From: Klebsiella pneumoniae
GTDB taxonomy: Bacteria > Myxococcota_A > UBA796 > SXON01
Assembly: GCA_945861635.1 (NCBI GenBank)
Contig: CAMAWH010000027.1
Location: forward strand, 1 to 64,000
Direction of reading: 5' to 3'
Length of the DNA: 64,000 bases
In this document: positions 38,607 through 47,860 of the stretch, one piece after another
How positions within the stretch are numbered: position 1 is the stretch's first letter
How the letters are laid out: each line of letters begins with the position of its first letter
The notes under the pieces: model-generated
What the model saw: only the letters and a program-made list of their open reading frames with translations
Databases searched by the model: none
What the model was told of the DNA's origin: nothing
Translations under genes and position numbers: made by a program

Positions 38607-38624
38607 GCCGTCCAAAAATAACTG
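38607..38624. repeat. Partial copy B (18 nt, gccgtccaaaaataactg) of the 41-bp element, same orientation as copy A.
   Basis: Exact 18/18 match to the core of copy A. Lies ~100 bp from the inverted copy C in the sucA upstream region. Confidence 0.6.
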
Positions 38625-38722
38625 GCTGCACCGAGGGCGTCGGCGCGCCGCGAGCGCAAGGCGAGAAGAGCGAGCATACGCCAGTATGTGAGCGATGAGC
38701 AACGCAGCGATCGTGGATGCGA

Positions 38723-38763
38723 CGGCGGCCGAATGCGTCAGTAATTTTTGGACGGCGACTTAC
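38723..38763. repeat. Copy C of the 41-bp element, inverted relative to copy A, ending 10 nt before the sucA start codon.
   Basis: cggcggccgaatgcgtcagtaatttttggacggcgacttac matches the reverse complement of 19051..19091 at 40/41 positions. Confidence 0.8.
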
Positions 38764-38773
38764 ATGGCTCGAC

Positions 38774-41530
38774 ATGAATCCCGAGACCCTGTTCAGCGGC
38801 GACAACGCCGCAACCCTTGAAGCGCTCTACCTGCAATACCGGAACGACCCCACATCGGTGGACGCAGCCACACGAACGTTATTCGCCGAGTTCAACGGTT
38901 CGATTCCTGCGGTGCCGAGAGCGGAGGCGCGCAGCATCTTCAACCCCCGTGGCACGTCCACTCCGTCCGAGTCGCGCGATCTTGCGGCCGCCGACCGGCA
39001 GGCCAAGGTCGCCCGCCTCATCAACGCCTACCGGGTGCAAGGTCATTTCCTCGCGGACATCGACCCCCTCGACCTTGCCGCGCTCGACGCCCACCCGGAG
39101 TTGGACCCCGCCTACTACGGGCTTTCTACCGCCGATATGGAGGCCAACGTCTCCACTTCACCGACGTACGGGCTTCCGCCGTACGCCAAGGCACGTGACA
39201 TTCTTGCGCGGTTGCGGGCGATCTACTGCAACAACATCGGCGTCGAGTACATGAACCTGCGCGACAACGACCAGAAGCACTGGGTGCAGGAGCAGTTTGA
39301 GCGGCGCGTGGATGCGCCGACGATGCCCCGGGCAACGCAGCTCCGCATGCTGGAAATGCTGACCCGAGCCGACGGATTCGAGAAGTTCCTCGGCGTAAAA
39401 TTCCAGGGATACAAACGATTTTCTCTCGAGGGCGGGGAATCGTTGATTCCACTTCTGGATCTCCTGCTGACGGAATCCGCGGATGCTGGGGTTGTGGAAG
39501 TCGTCGTTGGGATGGCGCACCGTGGACGGCTGAATGTGCTCTTGAATGTCCTGCGCAAGCCGCCGGCACAAATGTTGGCCGAGTTCTCCGGCCACACGGC
39601 CGTCGACCTCGACGCCGGTAGCGGAGACGTAAAGTATCACCTTGGGTATTCCTCGGATGCCGTCACCGCCAACGGCAAAAAGCTGCACCTGTCGCTGTGC
39701 TTCAATCCGTCGCATCTTGAGGTCGTGAGCCCGGTGTGTGAGGGGCGCGTGCGGGCCAAACAGGATCGCGCAGGAGACAAGGCACGCGAGCGGGCGTTGC
39801 CGCTCTTGATTCACGGAGACGCGGCGTTTGCCGGCCAGGGCGTCGTCGCCGAGGTGCTCAATCTCTCGGACCTTCACGGCTACCGCACTGGCGGTACCGT
39901 CCACATCGTCATAAACAACCAGATTGGCTTCACGACGTCGCCAACCGAAGGCCGCTCCACTCCCTACTCCACGGACGTCGCGCGCATGCTGGGTGTCCCG
40001 ATCTTCCATGTCAACGGAGAGGACCCCGAGGCCGTCGCACACGTCGTGCGGATCGCCGTGGAATGGCGCCAGCGTTTCCATCGCGACGTCGTGATCGACA
40101 TGTATTGTTTTCGACGCCATGGCCACAATGAAATGGACGAGCCGGCGTTCACCCAGCCGCTCATGTACCGGAAGATCGGGGAGCACCCCGGCGTGCGAGA
40201 AATCTACCTTCGCTCTTTGATTGCCCGAGGCATTGTCACCCGTCCCGAGGCCGAAGGCATGGAGGCCACCTTTCGGGCAGAGCTGGATGACGCGCTCCGA
40301 CTGGTTGCCACCAACGGAAAGGCCGCGCCCAGCGCTCTCCAGGGACTATGGGCGAACTACCATGGTTCTACCCCGGACGAAGCCGACACGACGGTCCCGA
40401 AGGCGGCGCTGTCGGGGCTTCTGCGCCAGCTCAACGTTGTTCCGGCGGGCTTCAACGTCCATCCCAAGCTGCTCCGGCTCTTCAAACTGCGCGAAGAACA
40501 GGCCGACGGAAAGAAACCGTTGGATTGGGCCGCAGCGGAGCAGTTGGCGTACGCATCCCTTGCAACCAGCGGACATCGCGTCCGGTTGAGCGGTCAGGAC
40601 GCCGGTCGCGGCACGTTTTCGCATCGTCATGCGCAGTTGATGGACCAGCAGACGGGCGAGTGTTGGGTGCCGCTCGCGCATGTGCGCGAGGGTCAGGCAC
40701 CCTTCGACGTCGTGAATTCCCTGCTGTCGGAGGCGGCGGTGCTCGGCTTCGAATACGGCTATTCCCTCGACTACCCGGAAGCGTTGGTGTTGTGGGAGGC
40801 GCAGTTCGGCGACTTTGCGAACGGGGCGCAGGTCATCATCGACAACTTCCTGGTCAGCGGAGAAGCCAAGTGGAACCGGCTTTCCGGACTGACGCTCCTC
40901 CTGCCGCATGGCTATGAGGGCCAGGGACCGGAGCACTCCTCTGCGCGCATCGAGCGCTTCCTGCAGATGGCGGCCGAAGGAAACATTCAGTGTGCGAACT
41001 GCACAACACCGGCCCAAATCTTCCATCTCTTACGACGCCAAGTGGCACGGCGCGTGCGCGATCCGCTCATCATCTTCACGCCCAAGTCGTTGTTGCGGCA
41101 TCCCGAGTGCGTGTCCACGTTGGACGAGCTGTCCACAGGTCGTTTCGAGGAAGTGATCCGCGATGGAGAGGGGGCATCGCGCGTCGTGTTTTGCTCCGGA
41201 AAGGTCTATTTTGATTTGCTGGCGGCGCGCGAAAAGCGCGAAGCAGCCGGTCGAAAGCGGGAAGTTGCGTTGGTGCGCGTAGAGCAGACGTATCCCTTTC
41301 CGCTCGCACAGATGCAAGCCGAAATCGCGCGCCATCCGGGTGCCTCCGTCGTGTGGTGTCAGGAGGAGCCGGCGAATATGGGTCCATGGCCATTCGTGGC
41401 GTTGCAGTTGATGGAAGCCGGCCTGCTCATGTCGTATGCGGGCCGAAAAGCCCGGGCGTCCCCCGCCACCGGCTACCCGGCGCGGCACGAAGCGGAGCAA
41501 ACGGCGCTGGTCGAAGAAGCACTCGGATAG
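38774..41530 (+). CDS. sucA: 2-oxoglutarate dehydrogenase E1 component.
   Basis: MNPETLFSGDNAATLEALYLQY start. RLIxAYRxxGHxxAxIDPL. ThDP-binding region GDAAFAGQGVV..NNQIGFTT. HGYEGQGPEHSSARIERFLQ. 918 aa. Confidence 0.9.
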   Translation: MNPETLFSGDNAATLEALYLQYRNDPTSVDAATRTLFAEFNGSIPAVPRAEARSIFNPRGTSTPSESRDLAAADRQAKVARLINAYRVQGHFLADIDPLDLAALDAHPELDPAYYGLSTADMEANVSTSPTYGLPPYAKARDILARLRAIYCNNIGVEYMNLRDNDQKHWVQEQFERRVDAPTMPRATQLRMLEMLTRADGFEKFLGVKFQGYKRFSLEGGESLIPLLDLLLTESADAGVVEVVVGMAHRGRLNVLLNVLRKPPAQMLAEFSGHTAVDLDAGSGDVKYHLGYSSDAVTANGKKLHLSLCFNPSHLEVVSPVCEGRVRAKQDRAGDKARERALPLLIHGDAAFAGQGVVAEVLNLSDLHGYRTGGTVHIVINNQIGFTTSPTEGRSTPYSTDVARMLGVPIFHVNGEDPEAVAHVVRIAVEWRQRFHRDVVIDMYCFRRHGHNEMDEPAFTQPLMYRKIGEHPGVREIYLRSLIARGIVTRPEAEGMEATFRAELDDALRLVATNGKAAPSALQGLWANYHGSTPDEADTTVPKAALSGLLRQLNVVPAGFNVHPKLLRLFKLREEQADGKKPLDWAAAEQLAYASLATSGHRVRLSGQDAGRGTFSHRHAQLMDQQTGECWVPLAHVREGQAPFDVVNSLLSEAAVLGFEYGYSLDYPEALVLWEAQFGDFANGAQVIIDNFLVSGEAKWNRLSGLTLLLPHGYEGQGPEHSSARIERFLQMAAEGNIQCANCTTPAQIFHLLRRQVARRVRDPLIIFTPKSLLRHPECVSTLDELSTGRFEEVIRDGEGASRVVFCSGKVYFDLLAAREKREAAGRKREVALVRVEQTYPFPLAQMQAEIARHPGASVVWCQEEPANMGPWPFVALQLMEAGLLMSYAGRKARASPATGYPARHEAEQTALVEEALG

Positions 41531-41621
41531 CCGGACGTTCGGATCCGGGCAATCGCTTTGCGATTGCGTTTGGACGACAAAAGCGACGACATTGCGCCAG
41601 ACCGCGCGGTAGGATTCCCGC

Positions 41622-42119
41622 ATGCGTCTCCTTCTGCTCTCCGCATGCATGGTGTTCCTCATCGTGACCTGCCAACCTGACCGGTCGGGCGGGAAGGTCG
41701 GCGGCGACGACACCGGTGGCAACCGCGACACGGCCGCCGACGCGGACACCGATGCCGACACCGATGCCGACACCGATGCCGACACCGACGCCGACGCCGA
41801 TGCCGACGCTGACGCTGACGCGGATGCTGACGCCGACGCGGATGCTGACGCCGACGCCGATGCCGACGCTGACGCTGACGCGGATGCGGATGCCGACGCG
41901 GACGCTGACGCTGACCCGAACGCGTGCTCGGAGGCCAACGGTTGCATCGTCTACGCCTGCTTCTGCGGCGAGTGCACGGACGCCGACATCCAGTGCGTGA
42001 CCCAATCGTGGGCCGACGCGAATCCATGCATGCTGATGTGTCCCGTCAGCGATTGCCCCGCGCTCACGACGACGACCTGCGGGTGTGATGCGGGCACCGG
42101 AGCCTGCGCCAAGGAGTAG
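41622..42119 (+). CDS. Small lipoprotein with a (DADADT)/(DADA)n acidic tandem repeat and a Cys-rich C-terminal domain.
   Basis: Lipobox LLLSAC. About 60 residues of DADTDADADADA. C-terminal CSEANGCIVYACFCGECTDADIQCV..CMLMCPVSDCP..CGCDAGTGAC. Confidence 0.55.
   Translation: MRLLLLSACMVFLIVTCQPDRSGGKVGGDDTGGNRDTAADADTDADTDADTDADTDADADADADADADADADADADADADADADADADADADADADADPNACSEANGCIVYACFCGECTDADIQCVTQSWADANPCMLMCPVSDCPALTTTTCGCDAGTGACAKE
41733..41915. repeat. Hexanucleotide (gacgcc / gatgcc / gacgct) tandem repeat array with a 60-bp higher-order unit, inside the CDS.
   Basis: The block cgccgatgccgacgctgacgctgacgcggatgc occurs twice, 60 bp apart. Confidence 0.85.
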
Positions 42120-42392
42120 CGTGCGGTGGGATGGGGAGGCATTCGTCGTTTTCGGGCTGCCGCGGCGTCGGTGCGCGGCCGCGCCGACGCGAGTCGACGG
42201 CAGTCCCCAACGGGCGCGCTGCGGCGAGACGACGCCGGACACGATCGCTGGGCAGAGGCCTCGCGGCCAATTATCGGCCCAGATACGGTATCTGACCGGG
42301 GATATGGCCGCGGCGGCGCCGATGCGCGCGGCGTCGCCGATGCGCGCCGCGGCGCCTCGCCGCGGATCCTCGCCTCCACCCGATCGTCCAGA

Positions 42393-42812
42393 TCAGGGCG
42401 TGCTTCGATAAGGCCCGCCGATATGCTCCAGATCGACCGGCGGCGATGCGAGCGCGGGGCGGCTCGGATCGCACACGACGTGGGTCAGCGGCACGTCCGT
42501 GGCGCGCCGGATCAGGCTCGGAAGGTCGAGGCCGAGCCAAGCCGACATACCGAGCGGCAGGGTCGAAAGGATGATCTCGTCAAACCGTTCTTTTCCAAGC
42601 GCATCCAGCACGGCGTCGTACGCGACGTGATCACCAACGCGACCCTGAACCACGGCACCAAGGGCGCGCAGCGACGCCACCGCTTCTCCCGCGCGGGCGG
42701 CCGCGGTTTTGCACGCGGCGCCCTCTTCCCAGAGGTACGTGCCGTCCGGCGGCAAGGTTGGCGCAGGCGCTCGCCGAGAAGGAACAGGCCCTCGCCAACG
42801 AGGCGCAGGCAT
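42393..42812 (-). CDS. Possible small hypothetical gene. Only the C-terminal ~140 codons of a long GC-rich minus-strand ORF look protein-like.
   Basis: GDHVAYDAVLDALGKERFDEIILSTLPLGMSAWLGLDLPSLIRRATDVPLTHVV has protein-like composition. The rest of the ORF overlaps the plus-strand lipoprotein gene and was discarded. Confidence 0.2.
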   Translation of the reverse strand: MPAPRWRGPVPSRRAPAPTLPPDGTYLWEEGAACKTAAARAGEAVASLRALGAVVQGRVGDHVAYDAVLDALGKERFDEIILSTLPLGMSAWLGLDLPSLIRRATDVPLTHVVCDPSRPALASPPVDLEHIGGPYRSTP

Positions 42813-42926
42813 TGGCACGCGAGGCCTGAAGGTTCGGCAAATCAACGGCCGTACCCGACGGCCGCTTCGTGCCCCGACGATTCGAAACACGAACACCCGC
42901 CGCGCTGCCTGCCATACTGGGCCACC

Positions 42927-43421
42927 ATGATCCACCTGCTGTCCGCCTGCAACGACTACGGTTCCCTCGCCGAGGTGGAGGTGCAGGCGGCGCAACTCTC
43001 CGCTGTCGAACTCGGCACCGTCGCCTTGCTCGTCGGTGCCGTAAACGGACGGGCAATCCTTGAGATCACGCGAATCGACGGCGGAACGCAGTCGCACGCG
43101 GTGACCCTCGAAGGCAACGTGCTTGGCTTGGTCGTGGAGATCGACAGTGTCATCGATTTCGACGCACCGACCGAACTGGACATTTCGCAGGTAGACGGCA
43201 TTCCAACGGGTGGCGACCTGCTCGGCGTCTACCGGGGCATTTCGTACGGCGCCGCCATCGGAATCGGCGTCAATACCCACGCTCTGGAAAACGCCAGCGA
43301 GGTGGAGATCGATCGAAGCTACTTTGCCGCGGGTCTGGCGGTCTTCGCAGGAATGGAGTGGATGGACATCGAGCCGGAGGGGGCCGGCGCCGACGCCCCC
43401 GACTCCGACGAGGTAGATTGA
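42927..43421 (+). CDS. Hypothetical lipoprotein.
   Basis: MIHLLSAC lipobox. Non-repetitive 164-aa sequence with an acidic C-terminus. Confidence 0.5.
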   Translation: MIHLLSACNDYGSLAEVEVQAAQLSAVELGTVALLVGAVNGRAILEITRIDGGTQSHAVTLEGNVLGLVVEIDSVIDFDAPTELDISQVDGIPTGGDLLGVYRGISYGAAIGIGVNTHALENASEVEIDRSYFAAGLAVFAGMEWMDIEPEGAGADAPDSDEVD

Positions 43422-43551
43422 ATCAGCGCACGGGCACGGCCTCGACGATGCCGGACGCCTTCCCGCGGCAGGTGCCGAAACTCTCCCCCGTGCCGCCGGA
43501 GCGCCGGGGCGGTGATACCGTGTTGGTTCGCATTCGCTTACCGGAGCCCCC

Positions 43552-44502
43552 ATGATCCCGCCCGCGCTCACCTTGCTCAGCCTGACTGCCTGCGGTCCGG
43601 AGTGCGCGGGCGGCAAGGTCGAACAGGATGGAGAATGTGTGGCGGACACCGACACCGCCGCCGACGCGGACACCGACGCGAGCACCGACACCGACACCAG
43701 CACCGACCTCGACTACACCACGGTGTATGGCTCCAGGATGGTGGCGATTCAGGCAGGCGCGTACACGATGGGGGGCGGTCTGGGCGACCCGGAGGACGCC
43801 TACACCGAGCACGAGGTGACCCTCACGCGAAACTTCTGGATCGGGGCGTCGGAGATCACCCGGGGGGCGTGGGAGTCGTGGAGTGGGGGTTCGCGGTGGC
43901 CGTACCGGAGCATGCCGGGCTACCCGTGCACGACCTCGACGACGACCGCGGATTGCCCCGTGGACAGCGTCTCGTGGCACGACGCGGCGCGGTACGCCAA
44001 CGCGCTGTCGAACGCCGAGGGGCTCGCCCTCTGCTACCTTGCGGACGGCACGGAACTCGCGGCGGAGTACCTCGCGGACCCCTACGCCTGCCACGGGTAC
44101 CGGCTGCCGACGGAGGCCGAGTGGGAGTACGCGGCGCGGGCGGCGGAGGACACGACGTACTCGGGGTCGGATACGTCGACGGACGTGGCGTGGACCTACG
44201 AGAACGCCCGCTCGGTTCGCACCTACGCCCACGAGGTGGCGACGGTGGCGCCAAACGGTTGGGGGCTAACTGACATGAGCGGAAACGTGTGGGAATGGAC
44301 GAACGACTGGTACGGAAGTGACTACTACGGCACGTCGCCCGCCGCGGATCCGCCCGGGCCGTCGTCGAGCTTCGCCCGTGTCATTCGCGGTGGCTCCTGG
44401 TACAACGTCTCGTCGAGCGCGTACGTCTCCTACCGCCTCTACGTCGGCCCGTGGTCCGCCAACAACAACGTCGGCTTCCGCGTTGCGAGGTCGAGCCCTT
44501 GA
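43552..44502 (+). CDS. FGE-sulfatase (formylglycine-generating enzyme / SUMF1-like) domain lipoprotein, second copy.
   Basis: Lipobox LLSLTAC with acidic TDTD linker. VSWHDAARYANALS, GYRLPTEAEWEYAAR, GNVWEWTNDWY, RGGSWY, GFRVAR. Confidence 0.75.
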   Translation: MIPPALTLLSLTACGPECAGGKVEQDGECVADTDTAADADTDASTDTDTSTDLDYTTVYGSRMVAIQAGAYTMGGGLGDPEDAYTEHEVTLTRNFWIGASEITRGAWESWSGGSRWPYRSMPGYPCTTSTTTADCPVDSVSWHDAARYANALSNAEGLALCYLADGTELAAEYLADPYACHGYRLPTEAEWEYAARAAEDTTYSGSDTSTDVAWTYENARSVRTYAHEVATVAPNGWGLTDMSGNVWEWTNDWYGSDYYGTSPAADPPGPSSSFARVIRGGSWYNVSSSAYVSYRLYVGPWSANNNVGFRVARSSP

Positions 44503-44577
44503 CCTGATCCGGCGGGGCGCCCAACCGGAGCAGGCGCCGACGCCCCCGACCCTGACACAGTAGACTGAACCATCGAA

Positions 44578-46059
44578 ATGCCAGTTCCGCAATCGCACCA
44601 CGCAACAGCCCCGGCGACCCTCCTCGTGGTTCTGAGTGCGGCGCTCCTCGGTACGCCGATGGCGTGCGGCCCCTCCGGCGCGCACCCCGCCGACTGCGCC
44701 GTTGCTCCCGCCGTCCTCTACGCTGACGCCGATGGCGACAGTTTCGGCGACCCCGACAACCGCATCGTCACATGCGACGCTCCGACCGGGTACGTCGCTG
44801 ACTCCACCGACTGCGACGACGCCAACCCGACGTCCAACCCCGCCGCCGTTGAACGATGCGACGCCGCGAATTCCGACGAGGATTGCGATGGGGTCGTGGA
44901 CGACCGCGATGCGTCACTCGACCCGTCTACCCGCCAGATGTTCTACGACGACGTCGACGGTGACGGCTTCGGCGACGCGGCTACCGCCGCCGCGGCGTGT
45001 GACGCACCCGCCAACGACGTCACCGACGCCACCGATTGCGACGACGCGGAGGCCACCGTCCACCCCGGCGCCGCGGAAGTGTGTGACGGCTTCGATACCG
45101 ACTGCGAACCCGCGTCGAGCGAGTCCGGCCTTACGACGTTTTTCGCCAGGAACGGTGCCCCGGACAGCGCCGTGGACCACACCGCCGAGTGGGCCGCGGG
45201 CACCGCCGACAACCCCGCTCGCATCACGCTGACGGAGCCGGGCACCCTCGCGGTGTGCGCGGGCGAGTGGCACGCGGCGATCACGATGACCACGGACGTG
45301 GACCTCGTCGCCCCGAACGGTGCGGAAGACACGACGATTTCCGCCGGTCGTGTCGCCCCTGTCGTGACCCTGAGCGGCGGCGATCACGTCGTCACAATCC
45401 GCGGGCTGACCCTCCGCGACGGCGCCGGAGCCGCGGGATTCTCCGACGCCGAACCGGCGCGAACGGCCGGAGGAGGCGTGACCTGCAGGGGAAACTCCAC
45501 ATTGAACATTCACGACGCTGTCCTGACCGACAACGCCGCCGAGCTCGGCGGGGGCGTCGCAACGGACGAATGCCTGCTCTACCTCTGGTACAGCGTCATC
45601 CTGGGAAACACCGCCGACGAAGGCGGCGGCGTCTACATTCGCCGCGGCAGTGTCGAGCTGAACCATGCAACGGTGGTGAGCAATACGGCGCGCGTGACCG
45701 GCGGCGGCATCGCGGTTGCGCCGGAATCCGACGAGAGCGCCTTTCTCGCCGTTGCGAACACGGTCGTGAGCGGGAACACCGCCCCCACCGCGGGCGGCCT
45801 GCGCATCCAACCGGCCGTTCTGGTGCAATGCTACGGCGACACGAACGAGGTCACCGGTTTCCTGGGCAACACGTCCGAAACGGGCGGCGCGGTCCTGCTG
45901 AGTGGCTCCGCGACATTCGAATCCCTGCGGTGCGACTTTGGCGCGGCCAACTCCACCGACGACAACGCTCCGACCGATGTCACCGCCGACGACGGCGACC
46001 ACGCGTATGCCGACGACGCCGACTTCGTCTGTTACCGCGGTGCATGCGAGGAAAAGTAG
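44578..46059 (+). CDS. Lipoprotein with MopE-type Cys-rich repeats followed by a parallel beta-helix (Gly-rich PbH1-like) domain.
   Basis: CDAPTGYVADSTDCDDANP..ERCDAANSDEDCDG and a second unit. Then repeats GGGVTCRGNSTLNIHDAVLTDNAAELGGGV, GNTADEGGGVYI, SNTARVTGGGIAV, GNTAPTAGGLRI. Confidence 0.6.
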   Translation: MPVPQSHHATAPATLLVVLSAALLGTPMACGPSGAHPADCAVAPAVLYADADGDSFGDPDNRIVTCDAPTGYVADSTDCDDANPTSNPAAVERCDAANSDEDCDGVVDDRDASLDPSTRQMFYDDVDGDGFGDAATAAAACDAPANDVTDATDCDDAEATVHPGAAEVCDGFDTDCEPASSESGLTTFFARNGAPDSAVDHTAEWAAGTADNPARITLTEPGTLAVCAGEWHAAITMTTDVDLVAPNGAEDTTISAGRVAPVVTLSGGDHVVTIRGLTLRDGAGAAGFSDAEPARTAGGGVTCRGNSTLNIHDAVLTDNAAELGGGVATDECLLYLWYSVILGNTADEGGGVYIRRGSVELNHATVVSNTARVTGGGIAVAPESDESAFLAVANTVVSGNTAPTAGGLRIQPAVLVQCYGDTNEVTGFLGNTSETGGAVLLSGSATFESLRCDFGAANSTDDNAPTDVTADDGDHAYADDADFVCYRGACEEK

Positions 46060-47831
46060 TCATCCGCCACGCACAGCGGCATGACAAGGTGGCCATAGTA
46101 CCAGGTGAGATCGTCCATCGTGCCCGACGCGTGCGAGGGCAACTCCGCGAACGCGCTCTGACACGCCGCCGCGTACTCTGGCCGCGCTCGGGCAGGTGAC
46201 GTCGCAACCCACACCTGCGCGCCCGCGGCATCTGCAAACCGGCCCGCCACTCCCGCAACGCACCCCATGTCCCGAAACGGCGCCACCATCGACGCGACAC
46301 CCGGGTACGGCGGCTTCCCCTGCATCGCCTTGCCCCACGCGCCAAGTCGTGTCGCCATCGCGGTGCACGCCGGGGGCGGTGCCGTCGCAAGGGAACCGTC
46401 GGCCAACGCGTCGATGACCGCGACGATCTCCCGTTCGCGGAAGCCAAGCATCGCGACGCGCGCGCGCTCACGCTGCTCTCCCCACGCAGCAATCTGGCGG
46501 GCTTGACCAACCAACCAGGCGCGCGTCTCGTCATCGCCCTCGTGCGCCGCAATCCGGGCCTCGACGCGCGTGCGCAGTGCGTCATCGACGCCCATCCACC
46601 GGGCGCGCACCGCGTCCATCGACCATTCCAGCCGTTCGGAGAGGGTCACGCCGTAGTTCCAAACAATCTCGCTCCCGACGCCATGCGCCGCCACGGCGGC
46701 CGCAATCGAAGCAAGCTCCGTCACCTGCTCCGGCGGCGACACGCACCGCGTCATCGTGGTGAGCATGTCCGGCGAACGCGGCACCGAAAGCAACATGTCC
46801 GGGAAGTTGTACAAGTACCGCCCCGTGGACGCGAACAACACGGCAGCGTCGGTTTGAACACGGAACTCGAAGTCGCGATTGCTGCTCGGGCTCTCCGCGT
46901 CCGTTGGCGTGAGGCCAATACGTTCGCCAGCGATGCGCATCTCGGTCCAGAGTGCTTTGTAGCCGCCCGTCGGCGTCGTTACCTTCCAGCCGACGCGGTC
47001 GAGGTAAGCCCGCATTTCGGCGTACCGCTGGCAATCGCGACCCTGATCCTGAAGGGCCAACAACCGGACGCCGAATTCCGCCACGGTCCGCCGGTCTTTT
47101 CCATCCTTCGGCTCCGCAAACGTCGCGACCACCTTGTCCAACACGTCTGCGCGTGCCTTTCGGTCCTTCCGCAGCTTCGCCGCCGCCATTCCGTCTAATG
47201 CCTGCCGAAGCCCCCCGAGCGCGGTCGCCGCTTCGCGAAACGCGGGATCCGCGGAGAGCGCCTCTCCAAAGGCCGTCTGCGCCTCACCGAGGTTTCCTTC
47301 GTCCTGCCTCGCCAAACCCTCCCCATAGGCCGCAAACGCATCGAAATCGCGCGTCAGCACGGAGGCGAGAATCCGCTGCCGCGCGTCCTCCGCCAGCGTG
47401 ACTGCCAGCCCCCCCAACAATTCGGCAACCAAACGCTTTTCGACATCAACAAACGAACTTGCTGGGCCTTGCGCGTCGGTTGCGCGAACCACCGCCCCGG
47501 ACTCCACGCCGACCAGGCGCACGTCCATCAAAAACTGCCCGCCTACAACGCTGTAACTTCCCGTGACCACGAACTCCGCGCCGAGCCCGCGACCCACCCG
47601 CTGTGCGCTCTCCGCGTCCACAAAACCCGTCTTGGCAAGGGCAATCTCAGCGAGTAGCGCGTCTAGCCTCGCCCGCTCGACCAGCGTAATCCCCGGCGCA
47701 TGGGCAAGGTCGGTGACCAGCATTCCCGCCAACGCCTTGCCAAGGCCGTCATACGCCTGTCCGCCCGCCCCTTGCTCGAGCGGCAAGACCGCCACCGTCG
47801 ATGCCAACGCCGCGGAGATCAGCCACCACAT
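46032..47831 (-). CDS. Secreted protein with a CsgG / TolB-N-like N-terminal domain and a TPR-like helical region.
   Basis: Signal MWWLISAALASTVAVLP. GKALAGMLVTDLAHAPGITLVERARLDALLAEIALAKTGFVD..FVVTGSYSVVGGQFLMDVRLV resembles CsgG/LpoB-type lipoprotein domains. Confidence 0.45.
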   Translation of the reverse strand: MWWLISAALASTVAVLPLEQGAGGQAYDGLGKALAGMLVTDLAHAPGITLVERARLDALLAEIALAKTGFVDAESAQRVGRGLGAEFVVTGSYSVVGGQFLMDVRLVGVESGAVVRATDAQGPASSFVDVEKRLVAELLGGLAVTLAEDARQRILASVLTRDFDAFAAYGEGLARQDEGNLGEAQTAFGEALSADPAFREAATALGGLRQALDGMAAAKLRKDRKARADVLDKVVATFAEPKDGKDRRTVAEFGVRLLALQDQGRDCQRYAEMRAYLDRVGWKVTTPTGGYKALWTEMRIAGERIGLTPTDAESPSSNRDFEFRVQTDAAVLFASTGRYLYNFPDMLLSVPRSPDMLTTMTRCVSPPEQVTELASIAAAVAAHGVGSEIVWNYGVTLSERLEWSMDAVRARWMGVDDALRTRVEARIAAHEGDDETRAWLVGQARQIAAWGEQRERARVAMLGFREREIVAVIDALADGSLATAPPPACTAMATRLGAWGKAMQGKPPYPGVASMVAPFRDMGCVAGVAGRFADAAGAQVWVATSPARARPEYAAACQSAFAELPSHASGTMDDLTWYYGHLVMPLCVADDYFSSHAPR

Positions 47832-47860
47832 CGCCGCGACGTATTCCGGCGTGGGGTAGA

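Noticed and set aside
41733-41915. Possible CRISPR array suggested by the regular short tandem repeats. The same applies to 47978..48070 and 61753..61885.
   Set aside because: The period is 6-18 nt with no unique spacers. The arrays lie inside ORFs, maintain the frame and encode Asp/Ala/Ser/Thr repeats. There are no cas genes in the window.
41030-41947. 305-aa minus-strand ORF containing a long (SA)n tract.
   Set aside because: It is the antisense reading of the (DA)n hexanucleotide array in the lipoprotein gene 41622..42119. Its upstream part overlaps the sucA 3' end in antisense.
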